Below the pieces are notes generated by a model, which was given only the letters and a program-made list of their open reading frames with translations, searched no databases and was not told the DNA's origin. DNA of 63,016 nt, filler included, from Rhabdomonas costata (lineage: Eukaryota), in the NCBI GenBank assembly GCA_019059605.1. It is 57 parts of 57 records of this genome, joined end to end, with 100 filler letters (N's around TTAATTAATTAA, not from the genome) between each part and the next. Parts side by side here need not be neighbours in the genome. Positions count along the whole stretch, not along the records: positions 1 to 1,008 come from JAHMHO010033889.1; positions 1,109 to 2,116 come from JAHMHO010033890.1; positions 2,217 to 3,224 come from JAHMHO010033891.1; positions 3,325 to 4,332 come from JAHMHO010033892.1; positions 4,433 to 5,440 come from JAHMHO010033893.1; positions 5,541 to 6,549 come from JAHMHO010033894.1; positions 6,650 to 7,657 come from JAHMHO010033895.1; positions 7,758 to 8,765 come from JAHMHO010033896.1; 49 more parts are not named here. The stretch is one strand, 5' to 3'. Position numbers and translations under genes: made by a program. The number at the start of each line of letters is the position of its first letter. The first letter of the stretch is position 1. This document shows positions 1 to 9,860 of this stretch, in pieces.

Positions 1-1008
1 AGAATGGGCGACGTGTCACCGTCTTGCCAGCGTTGTCTAGGCCGACGATCAAGACGTGATACTCCTCCTTCGTGAACAGCCACTGCCAGAAGCCGTATAG
101 TAATGAGAACTGCACAGAAAACACGCGCAAAAGCCGAGAAAAAAATATCCAAGGCAACCGCAAACAAACAAGAAAAGGTGCGGTAATGTGGCGGTCGGAT
201 GGGGGGCAGTAAACCTAGAGTTTCACACCCATCCGACGCGACAACTTGTTCGACGACTATCCGACGCGACCTTGAAAAGCTGGAAAATCCGACGTCCGCG
301 TGAAAAAGCCGGCGTCAGCTAAACCTGAAACAGACGCCGGGAAAAGGGGAAGACCCCTCCTTTGTCCAGAAATCGATATCCAGTGATACTTACGTATCGT
401 ATAAAAAGCAAAGGAGCAATGCAAGGCTAGCATCGGTGACTTAATGAGAAAGCCGACCTAGAGAAGCAGATTGCCCAGAAAAGGCTATAAAACTACACCA
501 GTGCAAAAAAAACTGTCTCGGTATCAGTGCATGCATACATGAGAAAACGCTCGCGGCATACCATCTTTCAACCCTTAGTCCAGTAGAAGTAGCGGAGGAC
601 GATGCGGTTACATTCTTACATAGTTGGCAATGGTCCTCAGAAGAAAAAGACACGGAAAGACACTGCGACCCACGAAGGGGGGAAGCTAACGAACAACGGA
701 AAAGGGATTGAAGGGTGCTGCTGGGCTCTGGCGGAGGAGTGCGTTAGTTTAGTGCGGAGGCCGATCCAGAGAGAGGTCCTATACCGAGGCATTGGCCGTC
801 TCAGCGTTTCCGTCTTGAAAGAGAAAATCGTCCACCAAAACCGAGAGCCCACCAAATGAGAAAAAGAGAGGGGTTGACGGAAGAATGGGCGACGTGTCAC
901 CGTCTTGCCAGCGTTGTCTAGGCCGACGATCAAGACGTGATACTCCTCCTTCGTGAACAGCCACTGCCAGAAGCCGTATAGTAATGAGAACTGCACAGAA
1001 AACACGCG
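1..1008. repeat. Terminal direct repeat, 1-127 identical to 882-1008 (circular or tandem 881-bp unit)
   Basis: Exact 127-nt identity from AGAATGGGCG to AAACACGCG at both contig ends. Confidence 0.95.
901..990 (-). CDS. ARFRP1: ARF-related protein 1 (ARFRP1/Arl3p-like small GTPase), 90-nt internal exon; second copy at 20-109 because of the terminal repeat
   Basis: FSLLYGFWQWLFTKEEYHVLIVGLDNAGKT, with the G1 P-loop GLDNAGKT and an ARFRP1-type N-terminus; flanked by ctgtgcag| and |gtgaca. Confidence 0.85.
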
Positions 1009-1761
1009 NNNNNNNNNNNNNNNNNNNNNNNNNNNNNNNNNNNNNNNNNNNNTTAATTAATTAANNNNNNNNNNNNNNNNNNNNNNNNNNNNNNNNNNNN
1101 NNNNNNNNGGTGGTTGGGTGGAATCGCGTCTGAAGCGACGCGCTCTCCTTCAGTACTCAGTACTCAGTACTGCCCGGACACTGTTCCCTGTACTCCCCGT
1201 GCCGTGACTAGTTGCGCTGCGGAAAGGAGAATCCGCCGCTTCAAGGAACGAACGGCAGTCCGCCCATGTCCAAGACGTCGATCGCACCTTTCACGCCGTC
1301 GCTATCAAATCGCCATGTGGGCGTAAGTCTGCTGATCGCAATCAACCCTTTTCCACACGAACACCTCGGCGGGGGTCGAAAAGGGTGAGTTCTCCGAAAG
1401 GTCCGGGCAGCATCCACGCGCCAGCCGACTGAGCCCCTCATTCGGATGCGATTTCGTTGCACATCATTCGGCTAACAGTGTGGAGGATGCCACAGTTTCT
1501 TCGGATTCTTTCTATGCTCCCTGCCACGGCAATGCTGTCGCTCTCTTTGCTGCTGGCTAACCTTGAGTTGGCACACCTGAAGTGGGTCCCTTCAACCGAA
1601 CCCACCCAGCCGCAAGTTGAGAAACAAAAGAGCGCGCCTTACTCGCGACGATTGGCAGGACTTAAGACTCTCCAGAATGCACCTGCGCATTTGCTCAAGA
1701 AAGCAGTGAACACCTTCCCTCCAATCATGCATGCAGTACTGACACACGCACTTGCACAAAC

Positions 1762-2033
1762 CTTATGGGTGGGACTGGGGGCGGGAGCACCAGCCCCCGA
1801 TGCACCCCCGGGCGCTGCCGCAGGGACCTCTGTGAGGAAGTTCGAGATTGCCGTGGGAGAGACCCACATCCCCACCCTCCGAGCCATTGCATCCCTCTGC
1901 CGCGACAGCAGCTCCCCCACCACAGCCGCGGAGGGGGGCCGCCCTGTGCTGCCCGGGGATGGCTGGGAATCCCCCAGAGCAGCCTCACTTTCCGTTAGGA
2001 AGGCCTCAGAGAGCGATGCCGAGGTAGGGAGGG
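1762..2033 (-). CDS. Probable exon of an unknown low-complexity (Ala/Pro/Ser-rich) protein
   Basis: GC-rich open frame bounded by cccctcag| and CATAAG|gtttgt; no recognisable motif. Confidence 0.3.
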
Positions 2034-3692
2034 CTGAGGGGTAATTCAGCGGGGAGACGGAAACCCGGGCACAACCCTGCTCCACCAGAGTGCCCTGCAC
2101 CCACAGCCCGTCATCGNNNNNNNNNNNNNNNNNNNNNNNNNNNNNNNNNNNNNNNNNNNNTTAATTAATTAANNNNNNNNNNNNNNNNNNNNNNNNNNNN
2201 NNNNNNNNNNNNNNNNTTTTTGTATTCTTGGACCGAGATTTGGACTTTGGAAAGTTGCTTAAGAAGAAAGGGATGAGAAACCACAACTAAATCTTGCACT
2301 CGCCTCCGATGGCTCATGCACACCTTGTTGGAAGCTTCCAAGCGACTGGCCAGGTTCACTCCATCACCTGCGAGCGTAACGCCTCAGCCAACCCACGTCC
2401 AAATCTCGGTCCAAGAATACAAAATACCTTTCGAAGAGGTTCAAGAGTACAAGCCGATGGTGTTTGTTAGGCGACAAGTTCAAGATGTCTGAGGCACCCT
2501 CATGGCATCAACAAGGTGTCCCCTCCGGGACATTGTTTTTTGTCCCCAGGTCTGAGTCGGCAGCCAGAAGAGAGAGAGAGGGGGGGGGGGCTGCTCCGGC
2601 CAAGGGCACACTGGGAACCTCCCGGATTGGCGGGGAGTCTCCACTGCATGAAGAGATGTGCAGCCGCAATGCAATACCATTCCAACATATTTGATTGCGT
2701 CCTGAATGACCAGTTGTTCTTGCTGGCTATTTTTGTACAGTACAGATGAAGTAGCAGCTCAAAGGTCTTACTTACCACACACAGTTAGAACGAGGGGCGC
2801 TCCACTCAACGGGTAACCGACCAAGGGCGGTGTAGCCGACTCGGTGCAGGCAGCCATAGTTGCCCACCAGCACGCGGTCCGTGTTGACTCCCATTCGAAA
2901 CCTGAGGGCATACGGAGTCCATTCTCCGCACAGGCACTCGAGCAGGGTGGCCCCGAAAGAGAGGAGCAAAACGCAAGATATGGCTGTTACCCACTGCTCC
3001 AGTCAGTGACAGCAGTAAAATCAACGAATCCAAGGGACACATGGATTGGTGGTGCTGGTGATGGGGTTAAACGTTTAACAGTGCTCTCCGTTCGTGTTTT
3101 TTTTTTAGCTTTCGTACTTTTTCTTTAGAACTCTTGTTGCTGGGCTTTGGCGGAAAGGATTCTTTTAGGGACGGAGGCTAGCAACAAGAGTTCTAAAGAA
3201 AAAGTACGAAAGCTACAAAAAAAANNNNNNNNNNNNNNNNNNNNNNNNNNNNNNNNNNNNNNNNNNNNTTAATTAATTAANNNNNNNNNNNNNNNNNNNN
3301 NNNNNNNNNNNNNNNNNNNNNNNNCCTTGAACGGGAGCAATCGTCCAAGGCGCCTTTGTTTTGAGACCTTCTCGAAGAAAAATCCTGCTACCCCTTGGCA
3401 CACAATGACGATCACGTACCACACAATGTGCACGCGTGCGTGACCCAAACAGGGAACTTCCGTTTTTCCGTAGACAAAGTTGAAATCAGCATGTGAGGAT
3501 AAAAATGGCTCTGAGAATCCCCCAGAATCCCAAGAACCTGCAGGGGCGGACACAACGTCAGTTTTTTTTCCCGAAAAACGAAGTAGTAAAAGAGAGAAGG
3601 GACAATTTTTTTTGGGGGGGTCAACACTAGGGGGATGAACGGTTCCCAGCGGCAATACAAAAGGGATTCAGGGGATTCAATGTTGGGTGAGG

Positions 3693-4130
3693 AGGCCAGT
3701 CCGCGGCGCGGCCGGAGCGGGCGGATGGGCTGGGATGTTCCATGGGGTGAGCGATGCTCCGTTTCGCACTGCTAGATGTTCAGTGGTGCTAAACGTCCGA
3801 ATCAGACACATTTTTTGGGATGCAATTTTTAGGACAAGGGGGTCAGGTAAACTTTGTCAACTACCTCTTAGTGCATTTATTTTTAGCAAAATGGGGTCAG
3901 ATATGCTGTTTTTCGTCCCCGTAGACAGACATAATCAATTAATCTGTGGTTCAGCAGTGCTAAACGTTTAAGCCCCTCGACCTGCTGCTGTTTTTCAAGC
4001 CCCTAAACTGTGCCAACTACCTCTAAATGCATTCATTTTGTCAACATGGGGTTAGGTGTAATGTAATTTTTCTTCCTCCGAGACAGACATATTGAAGGGG
4101 GGTTAGGAAATTTATGACCGTTTAACAGTT
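3693..4130 (+). repeat. Dispersed non-coding repeat family, copy 1 (internal ~85-bp duplication at ~3849-3932 and ~4004-4091)
   Basis: Aligns by eye to the reverse complement of 9595-9860 (GGCCAGTCCGCGGCGCGGCCGGAGCG...CGTCCGAATCAGACACA...GTCAACTACCTCT...AAAATGGGGT). Confidence 0.85.
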
Positions 4131-4546
4131 CGTAACCTTATCGCACCCCCCCCCCCCACCACAATCCAAGAGGCCTGAGGTGTTCGTGTGGCCATTTCGA
4201 GCACGCAATGCGAGCCATGCGACACCTTAATGGTTGCGTCTCGCATTAAGAGTGCACGGATCCCCAGACAGTCCGTGACACAACGTCTTACCTGCGCCCT
4301 GTTACGTGTTACGGTATAAAAAGCATATAGGANNNNNNNNNNNNNNNNNNNNNNNNNNNNNNNNNNNNNNNNNNNNTTAATTAATTAANNNNNNNNNNNN
4401 NNNNNNNNNNNNNNNNNNNNNNNNNNNNNNNNGTTGGTTGGTTATTTACCAGTAGTAGAATAAATCCTACAACTGGCACAAGAATAAGATAAAGTCTAAG
4501 TCTATTCTCTTCTTAATAGACAAAAAGATTTTCTTTTCTCACTTCT

Positions 4547-4996
4547 ATGAATTCTCTTACTCTTTATCTTATTCTTGTGCCAGTTGTAGGATTTATTCTA
4601 CTACTGGTAAATATCCTACTAGCTAAACATGTACCTTATTCTGAAAAAGTTACATCTTATGAATGTGGATTTTCTCCTATCTATGGTCAAAATCGATCAC
4701 CATTCACTATTCAATTCTATCTTGTTGGTATTCTATTTCTAATTTTCGATATTGAGATTTTCATGACAATGCCATATGCTCTTACTGTTTATGAAACAGG
4801 TCATTATGGATTCTGGATCATTATGGTATTCTTTGGAATTTTTACTCTAGGGTTTGTATATGAATTTAACTCTAAAGCTCTATACTTTAGCCAAGCTCAA
4901 CCTGCCAATGAAGAAGAATTATATCCCATTCCCTTCTATTATTTCATCAATTTAGTTATTAGAATAGATAATATAGGAATCTATCTATCTGGGTAA
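4547..4996 (+). CDS. nad3: Mitochondrial NADH dehydrogenase subunit 3, fungal (basidiomycete-like)
   Basis: [10 protein letters not shown] and [14 protein letters not shown] motifs, three hydrophobic segments, AT-rich, intronless, followed by a tRNA cluster. Confidence 0.95.
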   Translation: MNSLTLYLILVPVVGFILLLVNILLAKHVPYSEKVTSYECGFSPIYGQNRSPFTIQFYLVGILFLIFDIEIFMTMPYALTVYETGHYGFWIIMVFFGIFTLGFVYEFNSKALYFSQAQPANEEELYPIPFYYFINLVIRIDNIGIYLSG

Positions 4997-5058
4997 TTCA
5001 AGTGAATTTATTTGAAAAATATAAAATGTAGAATAGAAATTATCTATCATAATAATTT

Positions 5059-5131
5059 GGGGATATGGTATAATTGGTATTATAGTATCTTTGCAGGATA
5101 GCTGATGTCAGTTCAAATCTGACTGTCTCCA
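5059..5131 (+). tRNA. trnA: tRNA-Ala(UGC), mitochondrial
   Basis: Acceptor GGGGATA/TGTCTCC with the G3:U70 Ala identity pair, anticodon loop TTTGCAG, T-loop TTCAAAT. Confidence 0.9.
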
Positions 5132-5137
5132 TCATAA

Positions 5138-5210
5138 ACCTTGATAGCTTATGTGGCTAAAGCGTAGAACTGAAGATTCTAAGAACCGTGTTCGAGTCAT
5201 GGTCGAGGTA
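5138..5210 (+). tRNA. trnF: tRNA-Phe(GAA), mitochondrial
   Basis: Acceptor ACCTTGA/TCGAGGT, anticodon arm TAGAA-CTGAAGA-TTCTA, T-loop TTCGAGT. Confidence 0.92.
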
Positions 5211-5223
5211 TAATATTTCATAA

Positions 5224-5306
5224 TACAGATATTCCTTACTGGTAAAGGAGGTGCTCTGTAAAAGCATTGGTTTCTACCGTTGTGGGTTCGAGTCCCATGT
5301 CTGTAA
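5224..5306 (+). tRNA. trnY: tRNA-Tyr(GUA), mitochondrial, long variable arm
   Basis: Anticodon arm GTGCT-CTGTAAA-AGCAT, T-arm GTGGG-TTCGAGT-CCCAT, ACAGAT/GTCTGT acceptor pairing; ends uncertain by 1 nt. Confidence 0.88.
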
Positions 5307-5344
5307 TTATATATATATACATATTGACTAATTCAGTTTTTAGA

Positions 5345-5429
5345 GGATGTGTGACAGAGTGGTTTAATGTGCCTGGCTTGAGTCTAGGAGTTCTTTTTAG
5401 AACCAGGAGTTCGAATCTCCTCGCGTCCG
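5345..5429 (+). tRNA. trnS: tRNA-Ser(UGA), mitochondrial, long variable arm
   Basis: Acceptor GGATGTG/CGCGTCC, anticodon arm CCTGG-CTTGAGT-CTAGG, T-arm AGGAG-TTCGAAT-CTCCT. Confidence 0.92.
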
Positions 5430-6402
5430 TACCCCCAACANNNNNNNNNNNNNNNNNNNNNNNNNNNNNNNNNNNNNNNNNNNNTTAATTAATTAANNNN
5501 NNNNNNNNNNNNNNNNNNNNNNNNNNNNNNNNNNNNNNNNATGGTGTGTGGATAATATGCGTTGTGAGAAGCCAGCACGATCTCCGCCTACTACGGGCGT
5601 AGGTGTTGCAGGCTTTCTTCGCCGGCGTCAACGCGAGCTTCGCGCATCTTCTGGAGCGGACGAAACTCCAGGGGAAGAGAAAACAACGAGTGAGGCAACA
5701 GATACCATTGTTAGACCTACGATAGTGCCAAAGCTCAACTTCGACCGCTTGTCGATGAGTGCCGGATCCCCTGGTGGTTGCTCACCGGACTTTTCGTCTG
5801 CTGTCACATAAGCGGATTATCCCGCTGTTTTTTCCCTGTGTCCTGTTGTTCCATCTTCGCTTTTCAGTGCGTTTTTTCCTGATGATGTGTATGCTGCACC
5901 CGGACGGGGATGCGCGTGTATGATGTTGTGTGTGCGGGTGTGTTATCAAAGTCCACTTCCACTTGGTTGCAGAAGAATACGCAAGGTATTCTCATGTTGC
6001 CCGTTGCCCTGAAGTTTGAGGATGGGTGGACGTGAGCAACATCGGTAACACCGTACCCGATGGCTTCCTCGGGAGACATCCAGCTGGCGTTGATGATTGA
6101 TGGAGGATTGCTTTTCTCTTTTTTCCCTGTCAAGATGAGAGAGGAACTTTGCGAAGACTCAGATATGTGACGAGGTGTTCATCTTCTTCCATGGAGTGTG
6201 TATGCACTGATGGGTTGAAGTTCCCTTCACAGATGCCCTCCCCACCAGATTCTTACCTTACCCATCGTTGCGCCGCGATTTCGAAGTTGTTGTGACATGG
6301 TCCTGCTTTTCGACCCTTGCTCCTGCTCAGGACCGAGGGGATGAAGCTTTTTCCATGTTACTTTTTATTTTTGGTGCTGTTTCCCGTGGAACGAGCGTTA
6401 TC

Positions 6403-6549
6403 GTTGTGTGGCAATTCAGTGTATTTCATCCGTTAATTGACTTAGTTGGTTGCAGAGACTTGAAAACGAGTGCAGGTGGAGTAAAAAAAATAGTCTTTGC
6501 AACCAACTAGGTCAATTAAAGGATGAAATACACTGAATTGCCACACAAC
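6403..6549. repeat. Imperfect 58-bp inverted repeat (6403-6460 / 6492-6549)
   Basis: Arms are reverse complements with 3 mismatches around a 31-nt loop. Confidence 0.9.
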
Positions 6550-7329
6550 NNNNNNNNNNNNNNNNNNNNNNNNNNNNNNNNNNNNNNNNNNNNTTAATTA
6601 ATTAANNNNNNNNNNNNNNNNNNNNNNNNNNNNNNNNNNNNNNNNNNNNGCCGCAGGAGGGGATAGAACAAAGCAGGCGTAGTCCGTGGGAACTGTGGAA
6701 TACCAGTGCGCGTGTTGTCTTGAGACCGAGTTAAACAAAAGCCCAGGGCGGAGGGCGAAAGGGTGGGAAAGTGCGCACGCATAGACGCTGGAGGGAGTTT
6801 CTTGAAAGCTGGTGTAGTTGGAGCGCTTCCAGTGTGCCTGGCATGAATTCCACTTTTTGCCAAGCCGGCAAGACCGAAATCGCTCCCTGAATGTCAGAAT
6901 ACTGCAACTAGGACTCTGGTGGAGCAGCAAACGAAACCATTCCGGCCCACTCCGGTGCCAGCACGAAGTACTCCTGAGCTCCAAATTTTGGTGTGAGACG
7001 AAGGCTTAGGCTTAGGTAAGCAAAGGCCCAAGGGCCATACCCGTAGAAAATGCAGCTAACTCGAAGAGGCGTGACCTTTCAGAATGAGACAACCGTCCGT
7101 AAATACGCAGCCGGAGGCTGAAAAGCTCTCATTAAACTCACACCTCACCGCCAAACATGGATCCCGATCCGTGAGCCCGTGAGCCTCAAGTTATGTTACT
7201 AAATAGGAGGATAGAGGGCACAAATTGAGGGTACAAACTGCCGAAAGACCCCCACAAAACGACGAGAACAGGAAAGAAACAATGTGTACAAAAATACACA
7301 TACACACGCGAAGACACGCAGCCGCACAC

Positions 7330-7440
7330 CTACACAGCAGTCCGCCTGGTCGCAGGTGAGAGTCTGGCACTGTGTGCTGGGCAGAGCGGGCACGGAGCTC
7401 CCCTGGCAGCTCACGTTAGCACTTGCGCATGTCGTCCCAA
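7330..7440 (-). CDS. Cys-rich extracellular-type repeat module, 111-nt phase-1/1 exon
   Basis: GTTCASANVSCQGSSVPALPSTQCQTLTCDQADCCV (6 Cys ending in CC), bounded by ttcttctcag| and G|gtgtgc. Confidence 0.6.
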
Positions 7441-8927
7441 CTGAGAAGAATGAAGAACCCCCTTGTGATCCCACTGAAGCGTGGCACCATTGATGTGAAG
7501 CAGACGCACTAATTGCACAAGGCACAGATTCGTTCGGAGTTCTCCTTCAGGCGGACTTCTGATCCATTCTCGCGGAGGAATGACCAACACTTCCTCTACT
7601 GCTGGGCGGAGGACCTTAGGACCTCACTGGCGCATCAGAACCACACACACACACACANNNNNNNNNNNNNNNNNNNNNNNNNNNNNNNNNNNNNNNNNNN
7701 NTTAATTAATTAANNNNNNNNNNNNNNNNNNNNNNNNNNNNNNNNNNNNNNNNNNNNGTTGTGGTGGAGGCACGTTTTCGGCTTCACCTTTTGTGCCCCT
7801 GACCGATGGCTGATGCTCCAAATTTGCAATCGAATGACCAAACAACACAGACCTGAATGACCTTCTCGGAGAACGCGGGACCGAAGAGGTCGACACTAGC
7901 ATCTGAAACGTTCGTGCAGTGCACAGACATCGAAAGAGAAGGAGCAAGGGAAGCAGTCTGCTCCGATTATCACTCGTACAAGATGTTTGGCAATATTCCT
8001 GATAACAACCTTGACAAGAACATGGTTGAAACATCCGAATATGTTCGAAACACACCCTCAACGCCTCAAAAAAACCTTCAAAAACGCACGTTGTGGGATA
8101 TAAAACCTGAATTTCTGCGCTGCGAAGCCAACTGCGAAGCGCAGCTTGTAAAAGCCGGCTCAGTGGTGAGAAAGCCATCACGGATACCACGAAGTTGCGA
8201 AACCAAAGTGGTCTCCATCAACAGCACAAAAGAAACGTGCGCTCTGAAAATACACTGCGTCGCAAAAAGCCGGAAAACCCGGTGGTCCATTGGCGGAGCA
8301 CCTTGAAACCACCGGAACAAACAGGGAGCCAACAGCAGGACCCCTCATGGCAAAGTAGCAATCAAGCCCTCATTTCTGAAAAGCAGATGCAGTCATTCGA
8401 GTCAAGCCAAGATTTTCGGCATGAAATGAGCCATTTTTATTGTGTCATCCTGTAAGCACACCGTAATCTTGACGAACAGGGCTGGATAAATGACAAGGAA
8501 AGAAGCCCAGTCTCCTCTCCTGTATTCAGGTTTTGTGAAAGGCAGGCTAGCTACGACACCGACAATGAGTACAAAAAAGTTACAAGTTATATCACAAAAA
8601 TGCTCAAACACATTAACAAATTCACAGCTCGATTACTTCTTCGGAGGGCTCTGTGCATCTACACCAGCCGGTGCGGGCAGGGCCATCGGAGACGACGCTG
8701 TGAGGCGGTGAGGGTCCTCACTCTCCGCCAGCCAGTTGTCCAGTGACCCACCCCCCAACCAACCCNNNNNNNNNNNNNNNNNNNNNNNNNNNNNNNNNNN
8801 NNNNNNNNNTTAATTAATTAANNNNNNNNNNNNNNNNNNNNNNNNNNNNNNNNNNNNNNNNNNNNTTTGGGGGTGGTGGGGACGAGGACGAGGACGAGGC
8901 CATTGATCCGACTTTTGGGCCTCTTGT

Positions 8928-9583
8928 ATAGCAGGCTACACCGTAAACTGAGAGTTTTCTAACCACGGCACACCACAGGATGCCGCGAAGGACCACCGGC
9001 ATAAATATAGGCTAGAAAGACTTCTGTTCGAAATGTCACACACTAAATTCTCAGTTTCGGGGTGTTACTAGCCTTGCATTTTTTTTGGCTAACAGACCCA
9101 GGGGATAAAAACGGAGAACCGGGACCAAGACAGACCTCCCCGAAAAGGTCAAATGTGCAAAAACCCGGCCTCCATGAACATAAAAAGGTCTGTTTACACC
9201 CGAGGAAGAGCCGATTATGCTTTTATGGGGTCTTTCTTACCACTTTGCGCGGGATTGCCGTGCATTTTTCGGGCAAACAGCTGTTTTTTTGTTGTCGCCG
9301 CGGGCGCAGAAACATCAATAAGCTGTGGGAACACGCAATTAACCCGCACGGCGACAGATTCGGAAAACGCCCGGCGCCGTCGGCGCGGATAGCTAAACAA
9401 ACTGTTCGTCACATACTTTCGCATAGCAGGCTACACCGTAAACTGAGAGTTTTCTAACCACGGCACACCACAGGATGCCGCGAAGGACCACCGGCATAAA
9501 TAGATAGGGTAAAAGACTTCTGCTCGAAATGTCACATACTAAATTCTCAGTTTCGGGGTGTTACTAGCCTTGCATTTTTTTGG
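8928..9583. repeat. Pair of ~161-bp near-identical direct repeats (8928-9088 / 9423-9583), 495 bp apart
   Basis: ATAGCAGGCTACACCGTAAACTGAGAG...TTACTAGCCTTGCATTTTTTTGG occurs twice with a few substitutions. Confidence 0.92.
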
Positions 9584-9594
9584 AGGAGGGGGGA

Positions 9595-9860
9595 CGTTAA
9601 ACGTTTAACACCGCTAAACGGTCACAATTTTTTTAAATTCCGCTCAAATCAAAATATGTGTGCCTAGGGGTCAGAAAAACAGCATACCTAACCCCATTTT
9701 GCTCAAATATATGCTTTAGAGGTAGTTGACACAGTGTACCTGACCCCCGCATCCTAAAATGAGCATCCCAAAAACTGTGTCTGATTCGGACGTGTAGCGA
9801 TGCTACCCCGTGGAACGTCCCAACCCATCCACGCGCTCCGGCCGCGCCGCGGACTGGCCT
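9595..9860 (-). repeat. Dispersed non-coding repeat family, copy 2
   Basis: Diverged homolog of 3693-4130; ends near the palindrome GTTAAACGTTTAAC, which is also present at 3066-3079. Confidence 0.85.

Noticed and set aside
4433..5440. NUMT or host mitochondrial genome
   Set aside because: All genes are intact with no nuclear flank and the protein looks fungal; a co-amplified fungus is simpler.
7857..8306. 149-aa ORF
   Set aside because: No recognisable motif or host-like GC3 bias; cannot be supported.
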